NCBI GenBank assembly: GCA_964548885.1
Contig: CAZJSQ010000004.1
Location: 1-54,155, forward strand
Reading direction: 5' to 3'
Length of the DNA stretch: 54,155 nucleotides
From: an uncultured Gammaproteobacteria bacterium
Lineage (GTDB): Bacteria > Patescibacteriota > Patescibacteriia > Patescibacteriales > UBA12465
The notes below the pieces were generated by a model. That model had not been told where the DNA came from. It did not search any database and worked only from the letters and a program-made list of their open reading frames with translations. Shown piece by piece: positions 41,401 to 49,596 of this stretch. Each line of letters begins with the position of its first letter. Position 1 is the first letter of the stretch. A program made the translations under genes and the position numbers.

Positions 41401-41438
41401 GCGAAACCAGTCTGGACGAGGTATTCAGAGTAGTTTAA
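38427..41438 (+). CDS. Tandem-duplicated GspE/PilB-type secretion ATPase (two complete ATPase modules)
   Basis: Each motif occurs twice: DIH.E, R.RIDG.L, GPTGSGKTTT, EDP.EY, LRQ.P...M.GEIRD, TGHLV..T.H, QRL.RKLC..C...C..C..GYKGR. Confidence 0.93.
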   Translation: MSDLDSIENLINPTDDEESVAGRFAKKQGEIKEKEIEKETKRAAAQLGFDYVSLTGFPISPEALSLIQEARAQEIGAICFYYDGKNIRLGCVSPTTEVKDELTRLGDQYFADTKLYLISLTSFAIGLEAYKSLPKIKKYESGVEITEENLEKFKKDISSYKSLNEKINEVNITDIVTLMLATALKVGGSDIHVEAEENGVAIRIRIDGVLQEAAVISRAKWNKIVARLKILSRVKINIENKPQDGRYTIYLSDKKIEVRCSFLPTAYGESVVMRLLDSTTTVLEFESLGIRSEIRPLLMKEIAKPNGLIATVGPTGSGKTTTLYAILNKLNQPSAKIITLEDPVEYHLKGINQSQVDEKRGYTFSDGLRSILRQDPNIVMVGEIRDLETAEIAVQASLTGHLVLTTIHTNDAASSIPRLIDIGVKPYFLAPSINVVIGQRLIRKLCPHCRVEHKLENFETEQVNRILAVLSPKAGVSVPATLPTIYKVGPGCAECNFIGYKGRIGIYEIFTMNDKIKQLTIDQAPSFKILQQAIEDGMITILQDGILKVLDGITSVEEVYRVSGDFGYIDELYDIVISQTIGRGVKIKPDEFKRAEELSHNIAEIPKIVKGIPTGELINLVMALGAISDAGDIHIEPTEKDVKVRFRIDGVLHDILNLPKTSYLPLLSEIKILAGAPTNIRRATFDGRFAIYLPDNKIDCRLSIIAGGYGETIVIRLLSTSAANLDMNKLGITSIAYASLQEAMKKTRGIIITTGPTGSGKTTTLYSILNKLNKPDVKIITVEDPIEYQLAGVMQTQIDEERGYTFASAMRSLLRQNPNIMMIGEIRDSETAKIAIEASLTGHLVLSTIHANSAASAISRFVGLGVDRQTLANSIEFTIGQRLVRKLCPYCKKTVDLKPEEMKYVQNILGSIKNPNVAIPSSLVFYTGVGCIKCGQIGYKGRLGLYETITMNPTIQKLIQTENVTDADIEKAAIAGGMITMLQDGVLKALAGETSLDEVFRVV

Positions 41439-41482
41439 GCGCTTAAGAGTAATCTGGTAACTTAAGCGCGCCTAAAAAATAT

Positions 41483-42058
41483 ATGATCAATCAAAAATTT
41501 TTAGAACAGCTCAAAAAAGACTATCAAGCTAATGAATCCGAGCGCCGCCAGATTATCAGCGCCTCAAATGGCGTTCTGTTTGAAGCGAAAAAAACCATTT
41601 TTGCTATTCAACGCCAGGATTTCAAAACGGCCGAGCTTAAACTGGAAGAGAATGAAAAAAATCTGAAGAATTTGGCGGGGCGTTTCGGCCAGACTAGATT
41701 AAATAAAGAAGGCGCTTATAAAGCGGCGGTCGAAGAATATCTGGAAGGAAAAACTTTTTATACCGTTATTAAGAATAAAAAAATTGAAGCCACCCCCGAA
41801 CTTCAGCTTGATTACGAGGGTTATCTCGGCGGCATCTGCGACCTGATCGGCGAGTTGGTTCGTTACGCGACCAATCGGGCGGCGCAAGGAAAATTTAATG
41901 ATGTCGCCAAGATTAAAAAAAGCGCCGAAGATATCATGACCCAATTAATAGACTTCGACATGACCGGATATCTGCGCACCAAATATGATCAAGCGCGCGG
42001 TCATTTACGGAAACTGGAACAGATGGCTTACGAAATAAAGTTGAGAGGAAAAAAATAA
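41483..42058 (+). CDS. Translin/TRAX-family protein
   Basis: RRQII..S......K..I, AVEEYLEG, YLGGICDLIGELVRYA, LRTKYD. Confidence 0.8.
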   Translation: MINQKFLEQLKKDYQANESERRQIISASNGVLFEAKKTIFAIQRQDFKTAELKLEENEKNLKNLAGRFGQTRLNKEGAYKAAVEEYLEGKTFYTVIKNKKIEATPELQLDYEGYLGGICDLIGELVRYATNRAAQGKFNDVAKIKKSAEDIMTQLIDFDMTGYLRTKYDQARGHLRKLEQMAYEIKLRGKK

Positions 42059-42070
42059 ATCGCCGCGCTT

Positions 42071-42571
42071 ATGCTAATCGCCATTATTTCCGATATTCAC
42101 GATAATATCGCCAATTTAAAAAAATGCCTGGACTGGTGCGGGCGAAATGAAGTTGAAAAAATAATTCAGCTCGGCGATATCACGACTTTAGAAACTATAA
42201 ACTATCTCGCCGAGAATTTTCCCGGCGAGATTTTTATGGTCAGCGGCAATATGGAAATTTATCGCGCCGGCGAGCTGGCTGAATATAAAAATATCCGAGA
42301 CAGCGGCGGAATCGGCTTGAAAAAAATCGGCGGGTTGACTATCGGTTTCTGCCATGAGCCGAAAAATATTAAAAAAGTTTTAAAGTTGACGCCGACAACG
42401 CCAGATTTTATCTTTTACGGCCATACCCATAAGCCTTGGCTGGGACACGACGGTGAAACAATAATAGCCAATCCCGGCAATGTCTCTGGGACGTTCCACC
42501 AAGCCACTTTCGCTGTCCTGGATACGACCGCTAAAAAATTGGATTTAAAAATCATTGCTGATTTGAAATAA
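42071..42571 (+). CDS. YfcE-like calcineurin-type metallophosphoesterase
   Basis: SDIHDN, LGDI, GN, CHEP, GHTH, NPG. Confidence 0.92.
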   Translation: MLIAIISDIHDNIANLKKCLDWCGRNEVEKIIQLGDITTLETINYLAENFPGEIFMVSGNMEIYRAGELAEYKNIRDSGGIGLKKIGGLTIGFCHEPKNIKKVLKLTPTTPDFIFYGHTHKPWLGHDGETIIANPGNVSGTFHQATFAVLDTTAKKLDLKIIADLK

Positions 42572-42631
42572 ATCCGACCATTATAAATTCTAACCGTCTA
42601 AGCATCTTAATAAACAAACCCAATAACTAGT

Positions 42632-43417
42632 ATGGATAAGTTCGCGAAATATAAAAGTGTCCTCCTGAAAACGATAAAACAGGCCGGCGACGCCATCATT
42701 AAAGATTATAAACACTTGGACGCTTCCCAAGTAAAATTAAAAACGCCGCGCGACTTAGTGACGGCGGCGGATTTAAGGAGCGAAAAAATAATCCTAAGCG
42801 CTTTAAAAAAGAATTTTCCCGGCCAGCAGATCTTATCCGAAGAATCCGGCCGGACCAATAAAACGGGCGATTATCTCTGGATAGTTGATCCGCTTGACGG
42901 CACGACTAATTTTTTCATGCATAATCCGCTTTGGTCGGTGTCTATCGCCTTGGCTTATAAAGGAGAATTGGTTCTCGGCGCGGTCTATGCGCCTCTGCAA
43001 AAAGAATTATTCCACGCCGCGCTTGGCCAAGGCGCTTATTTGAACAATAAAAGAATAGCGGTTAACGATTCCCCGATAAAAGCCCTAAACGCTTTTTGTC
43101 ATGGCCGGGAAATCAAAGACATTAAAAGGATGTTGAAATATTTCAGCTATCAGAAACAACATGCGCTGGATTGCCGCCAGCTCGGCAGTGCGGCGATTGA
43201 AATGGCTTATGTCGCCAGCGGCCGCTTATCCTCAATCATGATCCCCGGCACTTGGGCCTGGGACGTTGCCGCCGGCGCCTTATTGGTTAAAGAAGCGGGC
43301 GGAAAAGTTACGGATTTTCAAGGACGAGATTGGCGGATTGAGAAACGGGATATCCTGGCGGCCGCTCCTAAAACACATACGCGGATATTGAAAATCATTA
43401 AACAAAATAAAATTTAG
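42632..43417 (+). CDS. suhB: Inositol monophosphatase family protein
   Basis: DLVT.AD, LSEE, WIVDPLDGTTNF, GSAA, WDVAAG.L.V.EAGG. Confidence 0.93.
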   Translation: MDKFAKYKSVLLKTIKQAGDAIIKDYKHLDASQVKLKTPRDLVTAADLRSEKIILSALKKNFPGQQILSEESGRTNKTGDYLWIVDPLDGTTNFFMHNPLWSVSIALAYKGELVLGAVYAPLQKELFHAALGQGAYLNNKRIAVNDSPIKALNAFCHGREIKDIKRMLKYFSYQKQHALDCRQLGSAAIEMAYVASGRLSSIMIPGTWAWDVAAGALLVKEAGGKVTDFQGRDWRIEKRDILAAAPKTHTRILKIIKQNKI

Positions 43418-43468
43418 ATTTTATTTCTTAAATATTTATCATTATAAAATTCAATCTATCTTAAACTC

Positions 43469-43508
43469 ATTATCAAAAAACCATTCGCGAGAATGGCTTT
43501 TTGATAAT
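43469..43508. terminator. Bidirectional terminator between suhB and uvrA
   Basis: attatcaaaaa-ccattc-gcga-gaatgg-tttttgataat. Confidence 0.85.
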
Positions 43509-43517
43509 CAATAGAAT

Positions 43518-46016
43518 TTAAATCACGTTTTTCAGGTATTTTCCCGTATAACTCTTAGGATTCTTGGCGATTTCCAGAGGCGTCCCCGCTCCGACGAGGT
43601 ATCCGCCGGCATCGCCGCCATCGGGGCCCAAATCAATAACCCAGTCCACCGATTTGATAACGTCCAGATTATGTTCAATAATCAAGACCGTATTACCCTG
43701 ATCAACCAGCATATTCAAAACTTTCAATAAGCGATCGATGTCGGCAAAATGCAGACCGGTCGTCGGTTCATCCAAAATATATAAAGTTTTTCCGGTCGCG
43801 CGGCGCGACAGTTCCGTCGCCAGTTTGATGCGCTGGGCTTCGCCGCCGGAAAAGGTCGTGGCGCTCTGACCGAGTTTGATATAGCCCAAGCCGACTTCGT
43901 CCAAAGTCTTTAATTTCTGACTGATGGCCGAATGGTCTAAAAAGAATTCTTTCGCCTCTTCAATCGTCATTTCCAAAATTTCATAAATATTCTTGCCTTT
44001 ATATAGAACCTCAAGAACTTTCGGCTGGAATTTTTTTCCGCCGCAAACATCGCAAGTCAAATAAACGTCGGCTAAAAATTGCATTTCTACCTTAATCACG
44101 CCGTCGCCGGAACAATTCTCGCAGCGCCCGCCCGGAACATTGAATGAAAAATGCCCGGTACTGAGTCCTTTAACGCGCGCCTCCGGCAAATCAGCAAAAA
44201 GATCGCGGATATAAGTAAATAAGCCGGTATAGGTGGCGGGGTTGGAACGCGGCGTGCGGCCGATCGGCGATTGATCGATGTCAATAACCTTATCGATAAA
44301 CTCCAAACCGGATAAGGCCCGATGCGCCCCGGGTTCTGTTTTCGCGCGATAAAATTTTTGACTGAGCGCGTTCGCCAAGATATCATTCATCAAAGTGGAT
44401 TTACCGCTGCCGGAAACGCCGGTTATCGCCACTAATTTCCCGAGCGGAATTTCTACATCCACATTCTTTAAATTATGTTCGGCAGCGCCGATAATCTTTA
44501 TGGACTTACCGCTCCCCGACCGAAAATTTTCCGGTATCTTGATGGCTTTCCGACCGGACAGATAGGCGCCGGTTAAAGACGGGGCGCAATCTTTTATGCC
44601 CGCGGGCGAACCGGCGAACAGGATATCGCCGCCGAAATCGCCGGCTCCGGGACCGATATCAATCAGCCAATCGGCCGCCACCATGGTAGAGGCGTCATGC
44701 TCAACAACAATAACTGTATTGCCGTTATCGCGCAATTTCTTAAGCGTCCGGATAAGCTTATCGTTATCGCGCTGATGCAAGCCGATGGAAGGCTCGTCTA
44801 AAACATACAAGACGCCGCTCAAAGTCGATCCGACTTGCGAGGCGAGACGGATGCGCTGCGCTTCGCCGCCGCTTAGAGTCGCCGCCGCGCGGCTTAAGGT
44901 CAGATAATCTAAACCGACGTTCGCCAAGAACTCCAAATTCTTAATCATTTCCCGAATTATCGGCCCGGCGATCAGCGCGCCGCCGTTTAAAGCCACAAGA
45001 TTTTTCAACCAATTATTTAAAAATTCTATTAAAAACTTAATGCTCTTACTGGTCACTTCAATTATTGATAAGCCGTTTATTCTGACAAGAAGCGATTCCG
45101 GTTTTAAACGCGCTCCTCGGCAAGCCGGACATAAAGTCGTCCGCATAACTTTCTCAATTTCCTGTTTGACAAAATTAGATTTCGTTTCTTGATATTTTTC
45201 TTCTAAGGCGGTCAGGAGCCCGCTGAATTTATCGTCGCCTCTGAGAATTAAATTCTTATGATCCTGATTCAAATCTCTTATCGCCGACCGCGGACTGAAA
45301 TTATGCCGCTGTGCCAGAGCCTCCAAATCGCCGAGCAAACCGTTGACGCCCGGGTTGGCGTGCGCGAGTGGCTTGATCGCTCCTTCAAAAATACTTAAAT
45401 TGTTATTGAAAACCAATTCCGGATCGATTTCCGATTTCGTTCCCAAACCGCCGCAAACCAAACAAGCGCCATGGCCGGAATTAAAAGAAAAATCACGCGG
45501 CTCTAACTCCGGGCGCCGATATTCGCAGTCCGGACAGAAAAAATATCTCTCCAGCCGCGTTGATTTTATTTCCCGGCCGCGAACGGTCTTGGCCGTCTTC
45601 TTTTTTTCCGCCGCCTTCTTTAATTTGATTTGGCAATGAGGACAATAGGGCTGACCGGCGCGAGCGTAAAGTAACCGCAAATAATCATAAATCTCCGTAA
45701 TCGTCCCGACCGTCGAGCGCGGATTATGAAGGACGGTGCGCTGATCGATAGAAATGGCCGGCGACAAACCTTCAATCAAATCAACATCCGGTTTATCCAT
45801 TAAGCCGACGAATTGCCGCGCGTAAGAAGACAAGGATTCAACATAACGCCGTTGACCCTCGGCATAAATCGTATCAAAAGCTAAAGAAGACTTGCCCGAT
45901 CCCGATAAACCGGTAATGACCACCAGCTTATCGCGCGGAATATCCAAATTGATGTTCTTCAGATTATTGGTTCGCGCTCCTCTGATCTTGATAAGATTCT
46001 CGGCCAGGTTTGTCAT
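43518..46016 (-). CDS. uvrA: UvrA-family ABC ATPase lacking the UvrB-binding domain
   Basis: [21 protein letters not shown], two ABC domains ([16 protein letters not shown]), zinc fingers; only about 30 aa between CPHC and CPDC. Start adjusted to 46016. Confidence 0.9.
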   Translation of the reverse strand: MTNLAENLIKIRGARTNNLKNINLDIPRDKLVVITGLSGSGKSSLAFDTIYAEGQRRYVESLSSYARQFVGLMDKPDVDLIEGLSPAISIDQRTVLHNPRSTVGTITEIYDYLRLLYARAGQPYCPHCQIKLKKAAEKKKTAKTVRGREIKSTRLERYFFCPDCEYRRPELEPRDFSFNSGHGACLVCGGLGTKSEIDPELVFNNNLSIFEGAIKPLAHANPGVNGLLGDLEALAQRHNFSPRSAIRDLNQDHKNLILRGDDKFSGLLTALEEKYQETKSNFVKQEIEKVMRTTLCPACRGARLKPESLLVRINGLSIIEVTSKSIKFLIEFLNNWLKNLVALNGGALIAGPIIREMIKNLEFLANVGLDYLTLSRAAATLSGGEAQRIRLASQVGSTLSGVLYVLDEPSIGLHQRDNDKLIRTLKKLRDNGNTVIVVEHDASTMVAADWLIDIGPGAGDFGGDILFAGSPAGIKDCAPSLTGAYLSGRKAIKIPENFRSGSGKSIKIIGAAEHNLKNVDVEIPLGKLVAITGVSGSGKSTLMNDILANALSQKFYRAKTEPGAHRALSGLEFIDKVIDIDQSPIGRTPRSNPATYTGLFTYIRDLFADLPEARVKGLSTGHFSFNVPGGRCENCSGDGVIKVEMQFLADVYLTCDVCGGKKFQPKVLEVLYKGKNIYEILEMTIEEAKEFFLDHSAISQKLKTLDEVGLGYIKLGQSATTFSGGEAQRIKLATELSRRATGKTLYILDEPTTGLHFADIDRLLKVLNMLVDQGNTVLIIEHNLDVIKSVDWVIDLGPDGGDAGGYLVGAGTPLEIAKNPKSYTGKYLKNVI

Positions 46017-46061
46017 GATGATTAAAAAATTAATTAGGTTTATTATAGCCGAAGCGGCTAA

Positions 46062-46096
46062 AAAAAACAAGCCTGCCGCCGCCGGATCAGGCCTTT
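46062..46096 (-). terminator. Terminator after the PLD gene
   Basis: Minus strand reads aggcctg...caggctt-gttttttt. Confidence 0.55.
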
Positions 46097-46106
46097 AGAA
46101 AACATC

Positions 46107-47144
46107 TTAAAATATCGGGTAAAAAATCTTCAGGACGGCGATCATGATCCGATCCCGCCATCTTATCTTTCTTCCCAGAGCCTCAAAAACGACCGATTCT
46201 TTCTTCCACTGCTCGATAATTTTTTCCAAAGCGGCGACTAATTGCTTCTGCTGAAAAAAAATGCCGGCTTCAATATTCCAATTAAAAGAAAAAAAATCCA
46301 TATTCTGCGAACCGATGACCCCCTCACTGCCGTCTATCAGCATTATTTTCGCGTGATTCATAACCGGCAACAGATAAAATTTGACGCCATAAGCCGACAT
46401 CCGGCAGGAATTAAGATAATTAACCTTATTTAAAGGCTTCACGTCCGTATCATCGGGAATAAGTATCTCAACCTTAACGCCACGGCGGCAAGCATCATCC
46501 AGTAAGGCGATCATCCAGCGCGGCGGCAATAAATAGGGGGTAACCATCTGAATGGATTTCTTCGCTCCGATAATCTTCTTCTTGTAATATTCATTCAAAT
46601 GATATCCGGCGCCGGTGACTGAAAAATTATCGATGACCCAGGACTTCATTTTCTGGACAAGGGGCAGACGGCTGTATTTAAGGATAGATTCTTTCTTCCC
46701 GCCAACCATCTCATAGGCGTAAGCGAAAGATTTTAAGAGCGGCCCGACGATCCTGCCCCGAAGCTCAATCTGCATGTCGCGCCAATTCCGCGTCTTCTCT
46801 TCAATATTGACCCCGCCGATAAGCGCGACCGTGTTATCAATAATAAGTATCTTGCGGTGCGTACGCCGGAACCAATGAGAAAAATAAATAAATTCCACGC
46901 CCGCCGCTCGCAGTTCATCTATCGCTTCGGGCGCCAAAGAACTGCTGCCGTAAGCATCGGCGATAATCACCACTTCCACGCCGACGCGCGCTTTTCCTTC
47001 TAAAAGTTTAAGAAAATCATGAGTCTTCTGCGTGTCGTCTAAAAAAATATACATTTCAATATAAATGGATTTCCGGGCGGAAGACATCGCCTTAAACATG
47101 GCGTCCCAGGCTTTATATGAAGTTGTGTAGAAACGGTACCTCAT
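46107..47144 (-). CDS. Phospholipase D family / cardiolipin synthase (ClsB-like, no N-terminal TM)
   Basis: Two HKD motifs (HRKILIID, HAKIMLID), WRD, TPY..P, GSQN.D..S. Confidence 0.9.
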   Translation of the reverse strand: MRYRFYTTSYKAWDAMFKAMSSARKSIYIEMYIFLDDTQKTHDFLKLLEGKARVGVEVVIIADAYGSSSLAPEAIDELRAAGVEFIYFSHWFRRTHRKILIIDNTVALIGGVNIEEKTRNWRDMQIELRGRIVGPLLKSFAYAYEMVGGKKESILKYSRLPLVQKMKSWVIDNFSVTGAGYHLNEYYKKKIIGAKKSIQMVTPYLLPPRWMIALLDDACRRGVKVEILIPDDTDVKPLNKVNYLNSCRMSAYGVKFYLLPVMNHAKIMLIDGSEGVIGSQNMDFFSFNWNIEAGIFFQQKQLVAALEKIIEQWKKESVVFEALGRKIRWRDRIMIAVLKIFYPIF

Positions 47145-47226
47145 AATTAGAGTATTTGCTGAGCAATTATAGCATTAAAACCAAAAATTAAAAAGTTCCG
47201 GGCTCCATTTTTTATGAATCGGCGAT

Positions 47227-47257
47227 AAAAAAGGGCGATTTTTTAATCACCCTATTT
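47227..47257 (-). terminator. Terminator after the acyltransferase
   Basis: Minus strand reads agggtgatt-aaaa-aatcgccct-tttt. Confidence 0.65.
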
Positions 47258-47262
47258 CTAAA

Positions 47263-47976
47263 CTAATTTTCATCGGCCAGGTCCAATAAAATTTTTACAA
47301 ATTGAGCCGTCCCGGTAATTGAATTTTCCTTGTTGTCTTCTCCGAATAATTTAAATACCGGCCCGATTCTAATATCCACTCGTCGCCAAAATTTAGGCAA
47401 TCTTGAACCTAGCGGCATCACCCTCTCCGCTCCTTTTACCCAAACCGGCAAAACATCGCAATTGGTTTGTAAGGCTAAACGAGTAGCGCCTGATTTTAAG
47501 GGACGCAAGCGATGACCTTTTTCGGAAACAGACCATTGGTCGCTTTTATTAGTTCCGGTCCGGCCGCCTTCCGGAAAAATAATCACGATTCGGCCGCGTT
47601 TCAATAAGCGGCCGGCGCGAGCATGAGCGATCGCGCAACCTCTCTGATTACCTCGGGGGAAAAAAACAAAGCGATCCTTAAAAGTAGTCCAGTACCATTT
47701 ATCAAAGTTCTTCAGGTCGGGAGCGTTATAAGGAAAAAATCTGACCGGATTAAAAGTGGCTTGTCTGATAAACAGGCAATTCAAGACAAAAGGCTCCCAA
47801 TAAGAGGGGTGATTAGAAATCAATAATAAACCTTTAGGAAATTTAGGTATCAATTGTTCATTATGAATTCTGATTACACCGAATAATCTTAGAAGCCCGA
47901 AGAAGAGCCAGCCTAAAATGATTATCCCCGGATAAAGAAGCAGCCAAAAGAATAAAGCATTCTTAAACTTTTTCAT
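47263..47976 (-). CDS. Lysophospholipid acyltransferase (PlsC-like)
   Basis: N-terminal TM, SNHPSYWE, IFPEGGRT, GA.RLA....V.PV. Confidence 0.88.
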   Translation of the reverse strand: MKKFKNALFFWLLLYPGIIILGWLFFGLLRLFGVIRIHNEQLIPKFPKGLLLISNHPSYWEPFVLNCLFIRQATFNPVRFFPYNAPDLKNFDKWYWTTFKDRFVFFPRGNQRGCAIAHARAGRLLKRGRIVIIFPEGGRTGTNKSDQWSVSEKGHRLRPLKSGATRLALQTNCDVLPVWVKGAERVMPLGSRLPKFWRRVDIRIGPVFKLFGEDNKENSITGTAQFVKILLDLADEN

Positions 47977-48098
47977 GATTCTTCTTTTTTAAATGTACGA
48001 ATATTCGTCTGAATATATTAACAAGATATTTAATCTTTGACAACACTTTATATTTAAACTTATTTTTCGTACCCAGAATTACAGCCCTAAATTACTTC

Positions 48099-48127
48099 TT
48101 GACCAAAGTAAAGTTTCGCGATATATT
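48099..48127 (+). promoter_or_regulatory. Probable sigma70 promoter
   Basis: TTGACC-17 nt-TATATT. Confidence 0.55.
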
Positions 48128-48164
48128 ATAGAGTTGATAATAGTTCTTTAAAAAATAAGGTTAA

Positions 48165-48245
48165 TTGAGCTAATTACTAAATTTGTCTTCCGCCCCCGCC
48201 GCGGTTGACGGACGGCGGATTAGGCGGATTTAGTTATTAGCTCAA
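48165..48245 (+). ncRNA. Candidate structured RNA: long hairpin in the 5' leader
   Basis: About 81-nt fold-back: ttgagctaat/attagctcaa, actaaatttgtct/aggcggatttagt (three G-U pairs on the + strand), tccgcc/ggcgga. Confidence 0.45.
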
Positions 48246-48280
48246 AATAATATTAATTTAACCTTCTAAAATTTTAAGTC

Positions 48281-48703
48281 ATGAAACAGAAAAAAAATTT
48301 CTCTCGGCCAATTACCGATCGACCGGTTTTAGTGTCAATAATTTCTCTATTACTGGCTGCCGGTACAGCAATACTTCTTATGATTTTCCTAAGCCATACA
48401 GAATTTGTGACAGCTTGTCGTGTCATATGTTGTGGTTTTGGGATTGGTTGGCTTATCGTCGGCGCGAAGAAAGACTCAGACGATGTTCGGAAAAAAACTA
48501 AAACTCAAAAGTTTTTTTCGGCCTACATGACCGGCTGTATTGTATTAATCATCGGGTTTGTTTTTCTGACGTTCACTTACAATCCCCTTCCTGAAGCTAT
48601 ATCGGGAGAAGCTTGGCCTGCCGCTCGGAACTCCGATGTTATGTACATCATCACGGCGGTAGTAGGAGCCGTAGCTTTCGGGATAAAATTAAAGAAAGAT
48701 TGA
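48281..48703 (+). CDS. Hypothetical 4-TM membrane protein
   Basis: Four hydrophobic segments; own promoter and terminator. Confidence 0.75.
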   Translation: MKQKKNFSRPITDRPVLVSIISLLLAAGTAILLMIFLSHTEFVTACRVICCGFGIGWLIVGAKKDSDDVRKKTKTQKFFSAYMTGCIVLIIGFVFLTFTYNPLPEAISGEAWPAARNSDVMYIITAVVGAVAFGIKLKKD

Positions 48704-48780
48704 ACGAGGATTCTATGCACATTAATTAATTTGATTAGATGAAGTCTCAAGATATCTTTATCTAATAAATCTATTGAAAC

Positions 48781-48812
48781 AAAAGGCTGCCCTTGAAAGA
48801 CAGCTTTTTTTA
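48781..48812 (+). terminator. Intrinsic terminator
   Basis: aaaaggctg...cagctttttt. Confidence 0.65.
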
Positions 48813-48890
48813 TTATGTAGTCCTAAAGTCTGAAATTTCTCAAAATTTTGACGGAATTATTGGGGAAATCGAGAAGTGGGCGGAAATTTG

Positions 48891-48919
48891 TTGACATTAA
48901 ACTATTATGGGTATATACT
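48891..48919 (+). promoter_or_regulatory. sigma70 promoter of the DUF5320-DUF134 cassette
   Basis: TTGACA-17 nt-TATACT. Confidence 0.8.
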
Positions 48920-48927
48920 CATAATAG
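48902..48927. promoter_or_regulatory. Palindromic operator overlapping the -10 box
   Basis: ctattatgggtat|atactcataatag, 13+13 bp with one mismatch. Confidence 0.75.
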
Positions 48928-48978
48928 GCAGGAGGCAAAGGTCGATCTGTCGTTATAAAAAATGTTAATAATAAATTT

Positions 48979-49221
48979 ATGCCAAGAATGAACGGAACTG
49001 GCCCAACAGGGCAAGGACCACAAACCGGCCGAGGGATGGGGCGCTGTGCTAGCGGAGAAAGAATGTTCTGGTGCGGACGCAGAATGATGGGCCGAGGCGG
49101 TTTTAAGCTTTCTTTATCGCCCGAAGACCAGTTAAAGGCTTTAGACGAAGAAGAAAAAGCTCTGTTGTCAGACTTAGAAGCAGTAAAAACAGAGAAAGAG
49201 GCTTTAAAAAGCCAAAAATAA
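48979..49221 (+). CDS. DUF5320-family protein
   Basis: MPRMNGTGPTGQGPQTGRGMGRC, Gly/Arg-rich middle, C-terminal coiled coil. Confidence 0.85.
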   Translation: MPRMNGTGPTGQGPQTGRGMGRCASGERMFWCGRRMMGRGGFKLSLSPEDQLKALDEEEKALLSDLEAVKTEKEALKSQK

Positions 49222-49272
49222 AAGAAGGCATGGGAACCGGCCTCTTAATAAAAAGGGGCCGGAGAGCCTTCT
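49222..49272 (+). other. Intergenic hairpin between DUF5320 and DUF134
   Basis: agaaggc/gccttct and ccggcctctt/aaggggccgg stems. Confidence 0.5.
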
Positions 49273-49316
49273 CTTATAATTATAAAATAGCAAATAATAG
49301 ATAATTTTTCAAGATT

Positions 49317-49592
49317 ATGCCTAGACCAAGATTATGCCGAAAAACAGAATTCAATCCCGAAGTGACTTATTTTAAACCTCAAGGCATCCCCATGAGAGAT
49401 CTTGAAGTTATTGAATTAACAATAGAAGAAATGGAATCGTATCGCTTACGGCATTTGGATAATTTAGATCAAAAAGAAGCAGCCTTAAAAATGCATACTT
49501 CGCCTAGTACTTATCAAAGGATTCTTTATTCGGCCTATGAAAAAATTGCCAAGGCGCTTATAGGCGGCAAGGCTATAAAGATTGTAAAATAA
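49317..49592 (+). CDS. DUF134-family sigma-region-4-like HTH DNA-binding protein
   Basis: MPRPR.CR, YFKP.G.P, E.E..RL...D.L.Q..AA..M..S..T.QRIL..A..KIA.AL..GK. Confidence 0.92.
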   Translation: MPRPRLCRKTEFNPEVTYFKPQGIPMRDLEVIELTIEEMESYRLRHLDNLDQKEAALKMHTSPSTYQRILYSAYEKIAKALIGGKAIKIVK

Positions 49593-49596
49593 TTTT

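Noticed and set aside
48165-48245. SRP (4.5S) RNA
   Set aside because: The shape is similar, but the conserved domain IV motif (CAGG..GGAA..AGCA) is absent.
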